Positions 60,295 to 64,000 of a stretch of DNA of 64,000 nt are shown piece by piece. Numbering within the stretch: the stretch's first letter is position 1; every line of letters begins with the position of its first letter. The stretch spans positions 711,139 to 775,138 of the forward strand of contig NW_005434658.1 of assembly GCF_000315625.1 (NCBI RefSeq), read 5' to 3'. The notes under the pieces are model-generated. The model was not told the origin of the DNA. It worked only from the letters and a program-made list of their open reading frames with translations, and searched no databases. This DNA is from Guillardia theta CCMP2712 (Eukaryota > Protista > Cryptophyta). The translations under genes and the position numbers were made by a program.

Positions 60295-63200
60295 TCAAAC
60301 GTGGATGGCGATGGAAAGCATGGCAAAGTACCACATAGGAAGAACCTGAGAAGGAGAAAGAATTGTCATGCAAGCATGTGATCTTTTGTCACAAAAATCA
60401 CTCTACTCCACTCTTCTCTGCCACTCCTTTTCATCTCATCTCATCTCATCTCATCTCATCTCATCTCATCTCATCTCATCTCATCTCATATCTCATCAAG
60501 TCATCATGCTAACATTCACGATATTCAAGAATGCAGACGCGGACAAATGAGAAAGCGAGACGATCTTGGACAAGTGAAATGAAGAAGAAAAAGGGTAGGA
60601 GCTAGGGGAAGCGGTGGGGAGGGGGGGGGGGGCACGTGTAGGTGAAGTAGCTTACAAGGTTGTCGATCTGCTCAGTGAAGGCTTCTAACAAGTTTGCAGC
60701 GATGGATGACATGGTAATCATGCCGAATCTGAAAGATCATGTGAGAACGTATTCACCTTTCGTCTACCTCCTCCTTGACACCATCACTACCACCACGTTT
60801 TCACTTTCCATTCCTTCCATTGATCCCCTTCCTTCATTCATCACCTCAGCATTGACCCGTTCGCTTCCGTGAGCTTCCATAGCAACAAGCATGCTAAAGT
60901 TGTCGCAAGAATCCCAGCTGCTGTCCCCTCTACCGTCTTCCCACCCTGCAGCGCGGTGAGCAAGCCGCCTCTCCTCTCTCCTCCTCTCTTGCCGCTGCTC
61001 CTCGGGTCCACCGCATCCTCCCATGCAGCTTCCCGTACACAGACGCTGCTGTGTCCCCGACCCCTGACGTGGGTCAGCACGGGAGCGCAGGACCCTCCTT
61101 GCGCCTACCAACGATGAGAGCTCCTGCAAGTGGCTCCAGGATGGAGAAGCGGCCTCGAGGTCCTGCAACTCCATTGAGTACAAGGAAAACGAGGGACAAA
61201 ATGAAGACAGTAAGGGAGGGAGGGAGAGGAAGGAGAGAGAGAGGGAGAGGGAGAGGAAGAGGGAGGGGAGGCAGAGGGAGGGAGGGAGGGAGAGGCAGCG
61301 CATGGAGAAAGAGTACAAGGATGAGGCATGTGACCTTGGTATGGCGTCAGCCAGGACGGGAGTGCGCAGCCGACGAGGAGGTAGATGTGCGTGAAGATGA
61401 AGACACCGCTGTCCCTTTCGTCCACATGCACTAATAGAGGATGAGAGGGTGGAGGAAGAGAGGAAGGGTGGTCACCGGCAACCACTCTTTCAAGTGAAGC
61501 AGAGAACGGTCGTATCCTGAGCCAAGGCACACGAGGGGGAGGGAACGTGGCCGCTGACGTCACCTCGAAGCTCGGATGAGCTCCAGGCTCACAAGGAGAG
61601 CCGTGGCAGCGGCGTAAGCCAGGCGAAGCATCTCTGAGAGAGACATGAGGAGAGGAGAGGAGAGGAGAGGAGAGGAGAGGAGAGGAGAGGAGTGGAGTGG
61701 AGTGGAGTGGAGTGGAGTGGAGTGGAGTGGAGTGGAGAGAGGGAATGAGTGGAGGGAGGAGAGGAGGAAAAAGAGGAAGAATACTGACCTGGCTGAAAGA
61801 GCTGACCGGGACAGAAGAGAAGGAGGGCTACCACGTGGTATCCTTTGCGAATGACAGTGCGAGGAAGCGATGAATGACGAGGCGGATAAAACTTGAGGCA
61901 GACACCTGCTTGCTATCAGCTGCTCCTCCTTCCTCAAACGTCGTGTCATGCTCTAGGCAGATCCTGCACTCAGCCTCTACATCTCCTCTCCATCTCCATG
62001 ATCTCCCCTCCCCCCCGCTCTGACTCTACACGCACCCATGACGATGACCCAGTAGGCCAGGAGCGCTAGCCTTTCGTAGCTTGATGATACATGATCGAAG
62101 ACCCAGAGTCCAAGATTCTTGACAAAAAGTCACAAGAGGAGGAAGAGGAGGAGGAGCAGGAGGAGCAGGAGCAGGAGCAGGAGCAGGAGAGTGGGCCGAG
62201 GAGGAAGAGGAAGGGGAGGAGGAGACAAGAGCAAGACCTGACGGAGTAGGGTAGAGGCTGAAGGGACCAAGACAAGAAGAATCAAAGAGCCAAAGAGGCT
62301 GAAGAAGAGGAGGCTGCGTCCTGCCGAAGATGTAGTCTCAAGATGCTGAGAACTTCGTTCTGTCGAGAGAAAAGCAGTGTGAGGACAGTGTGAGATCAGT
62401 TTGAGGTTTCAAGGGGTTGTTAGGCAATGTCAGGCTTGTCACAACTCACTGGGAGTGGTGGAGTCCCGGCACATGACGAAGGGAGACATCACAACAGCCG
62501 TCAAGAACGTCCCGACGATGAGGCACAGGACCACGAGGTCTACATCTGACATCTGAACGAGCCGTGAGATGCTGGCAGGCAACTCCGGCAGCTAGGCTTA
62601 CCTCTCTTGTGATGGGAGAGCGAATGGAGTAGAGGCGATCAAGCGATGTTGAAACCTACTCATTTACATCACCATCATCATTGTCACGATTTCCATCTCC
62701 ATCGTTGTCGTGGTTTCATCAGTATCATCATGATTGCCATCCCCAAAATCTCCATCGTCATCGTCATCGTCATCAACTTCACCATCATATCCGTAATATC
62801 GTACAACAATAACAATCTCATTGATTGTTTTATGGGGTTCGGCAAGTGATCAACTGACCATGTCCACCATTAAGCTCGTCAACACGTTGGCAAGGATGCA
62901 AGCTTCTCCTAGCTGGCAAGGAGAANNNNNNNNNNNNNNNNNNNNNNNNNNNNNNNNNNNNNNNNNNNNNNNNNNNNNNNNNNNNNNNNNNNNNNNNNNN
63001 NNNNNNNNNNNNNNNNNNNNNNNNNGGGGGGGGGGGCAGAGAATTGTTCAGGAGACGAGGAGGAGAAGGAAATGAATGAAGGAGGACATGGAGGGGTATT
63101 GAGAAGAGAAGGGGGATGGTCAAGGAGCAATCCTGTCCGTGCTTGCTCACCGTGAACGATCGCGGGCTCCCGTTTAACAGCAGGCGGATGATGATCGAGC

Positions 63201-63822
63201 TGCAGTATGGCAGAGGGAGAGAGAGAAACAGGGGAATCCAAGGGAACCTTCACAACTTGTAAGCGATGGAGAGACGGTCGAAGGGGGTGGAGCGAGCAAA
63301 CCTGAGGAAGAAGCAGTATCCGACGATGAAGGAGAGGAGCAGCGAGCGCGTGTACAGCTTGTCGAAGCTAGAGCTTCGAAGGGCATCCAGAAGAAGGAGG
63401 AACGAGGATGCGATGGTAAGATCCAAGTAAAAGAAGATAACGTGGACGTGCTGCGGAGATCTGATGAGCAGGGCGAGGAGGAGGATGGGGACCGTTGCGC
63501 ATCCGATCAAGACGCCCTGGTCGACTCCTGCCCGGTACATCCTAGAGAAGGAGACCCGAGAGCCGCAAAGAGCACCGAGGAGGAGGAGGAGGACAAGACA
63601 GACAAGGTCTGGCATATGCTGCTTGACTTGCGGGGTGTGGACCAGGAGAGCAAGGCTAGTGCTCATGGCGATGATACAGAGTAGCATCTCCTGCCAAACA
63701 TGAATCCTTTGAGGAGTTGGTAATGTCGGCAGAGCTGCTGCCGCCGCATCCTCCTCCTCCTCCTTCCCCTCCCTTCTCATGCTCGCCACTCTGTCTCTAC
63801 TCTTTGTCGTTGAGCAACCCAT
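60295..63822 (-). CDS. DOLK: Dolichol kinase (SEC59-like), multi-exon polytopic membrane protein
   Basis: HVDERDSGVFIFTHIYLLVGCALPSWL, KTVEGTAAGILA, LLEAFTEQIDNL|VLP and many TM segments. Start codon uncertain (63780 or 63822). Spans an assembly gap. Confidence 0.9.
60431..60497 (+). repeat. (TCATC)n microsatellite, intronic
   Basis: Read directly. Confidence 0.9.
61648..61737 (+). repeat. Compound (AGAGG)n(AGTGG)n microsatellite, intronic
   Basis: Read directly. Confidence 0.9.
62926..63025. other. Assembly gap (100 N)
   Basis: Run of N inside a DOLK intron, next to a poly-G tract. Confidence 0.99.
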
Positions 63823-64000
63823 CGGAGAGGAAAGTTCAACGCCTGCGCGGCTCAGAGTGAACCTGAGGCAAGTTGAGAGCGCAAGGCAACTACCGGCGAG
63901 GAGCAGATCGATAGTCCCTGGCACAGGCTAGTAAACAGCGACTTATTGGATCGCTAACTGCTTCATGACGCAGTATCGAGCGATCCAGACGGGGCGACTG

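Overview
Intron-rich eukaryotic nuclear DNA, most likely from a cryptophyte alga (Hanusia/Guillardia-like). This is inferred from short GT/GC-AG introns with CTGAC-type branch points, an AGA|F bipartite plastid presequence, and flagellar genes. About 24 protein genes were reconstructed by hand: a degenerate cyclic-nucleotide-regulated-type channel, organelle-targeted ArgRS, an intronless orphan, a TrmA/RlmD-fold methyltransferase fused to a P-loop kinase, a collagen-like protein with three fibronectin type II modules, a LARP4-like protein, biotin synthase, ARL3, DCTN5, a ZEP-like flavin monooxygenase, a Kv channel, two ankyrin proteins, a LOV-like PAS protein, TYW1, an RNI-like LRR protein, dolichol kinase and several hypotheticals. 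The most notable items are (1) the collagen + FN2 protein, (2) the methyltransferase-kinase fusion with altered catalytic residues, (3) a 148-bp element that is 97% identical in introns of two unrelated genes, and (4) a recurring intergenic architecture of CCGG/GGCC-rich islands with a shared motif vocabulary, often beside GGGGTA/TACCCC tracts that switch strand. No tRNA, rRNA, CRISPR array or autonomous transposon was recognised. All exon boundaries are manual predictions and no database search was run.
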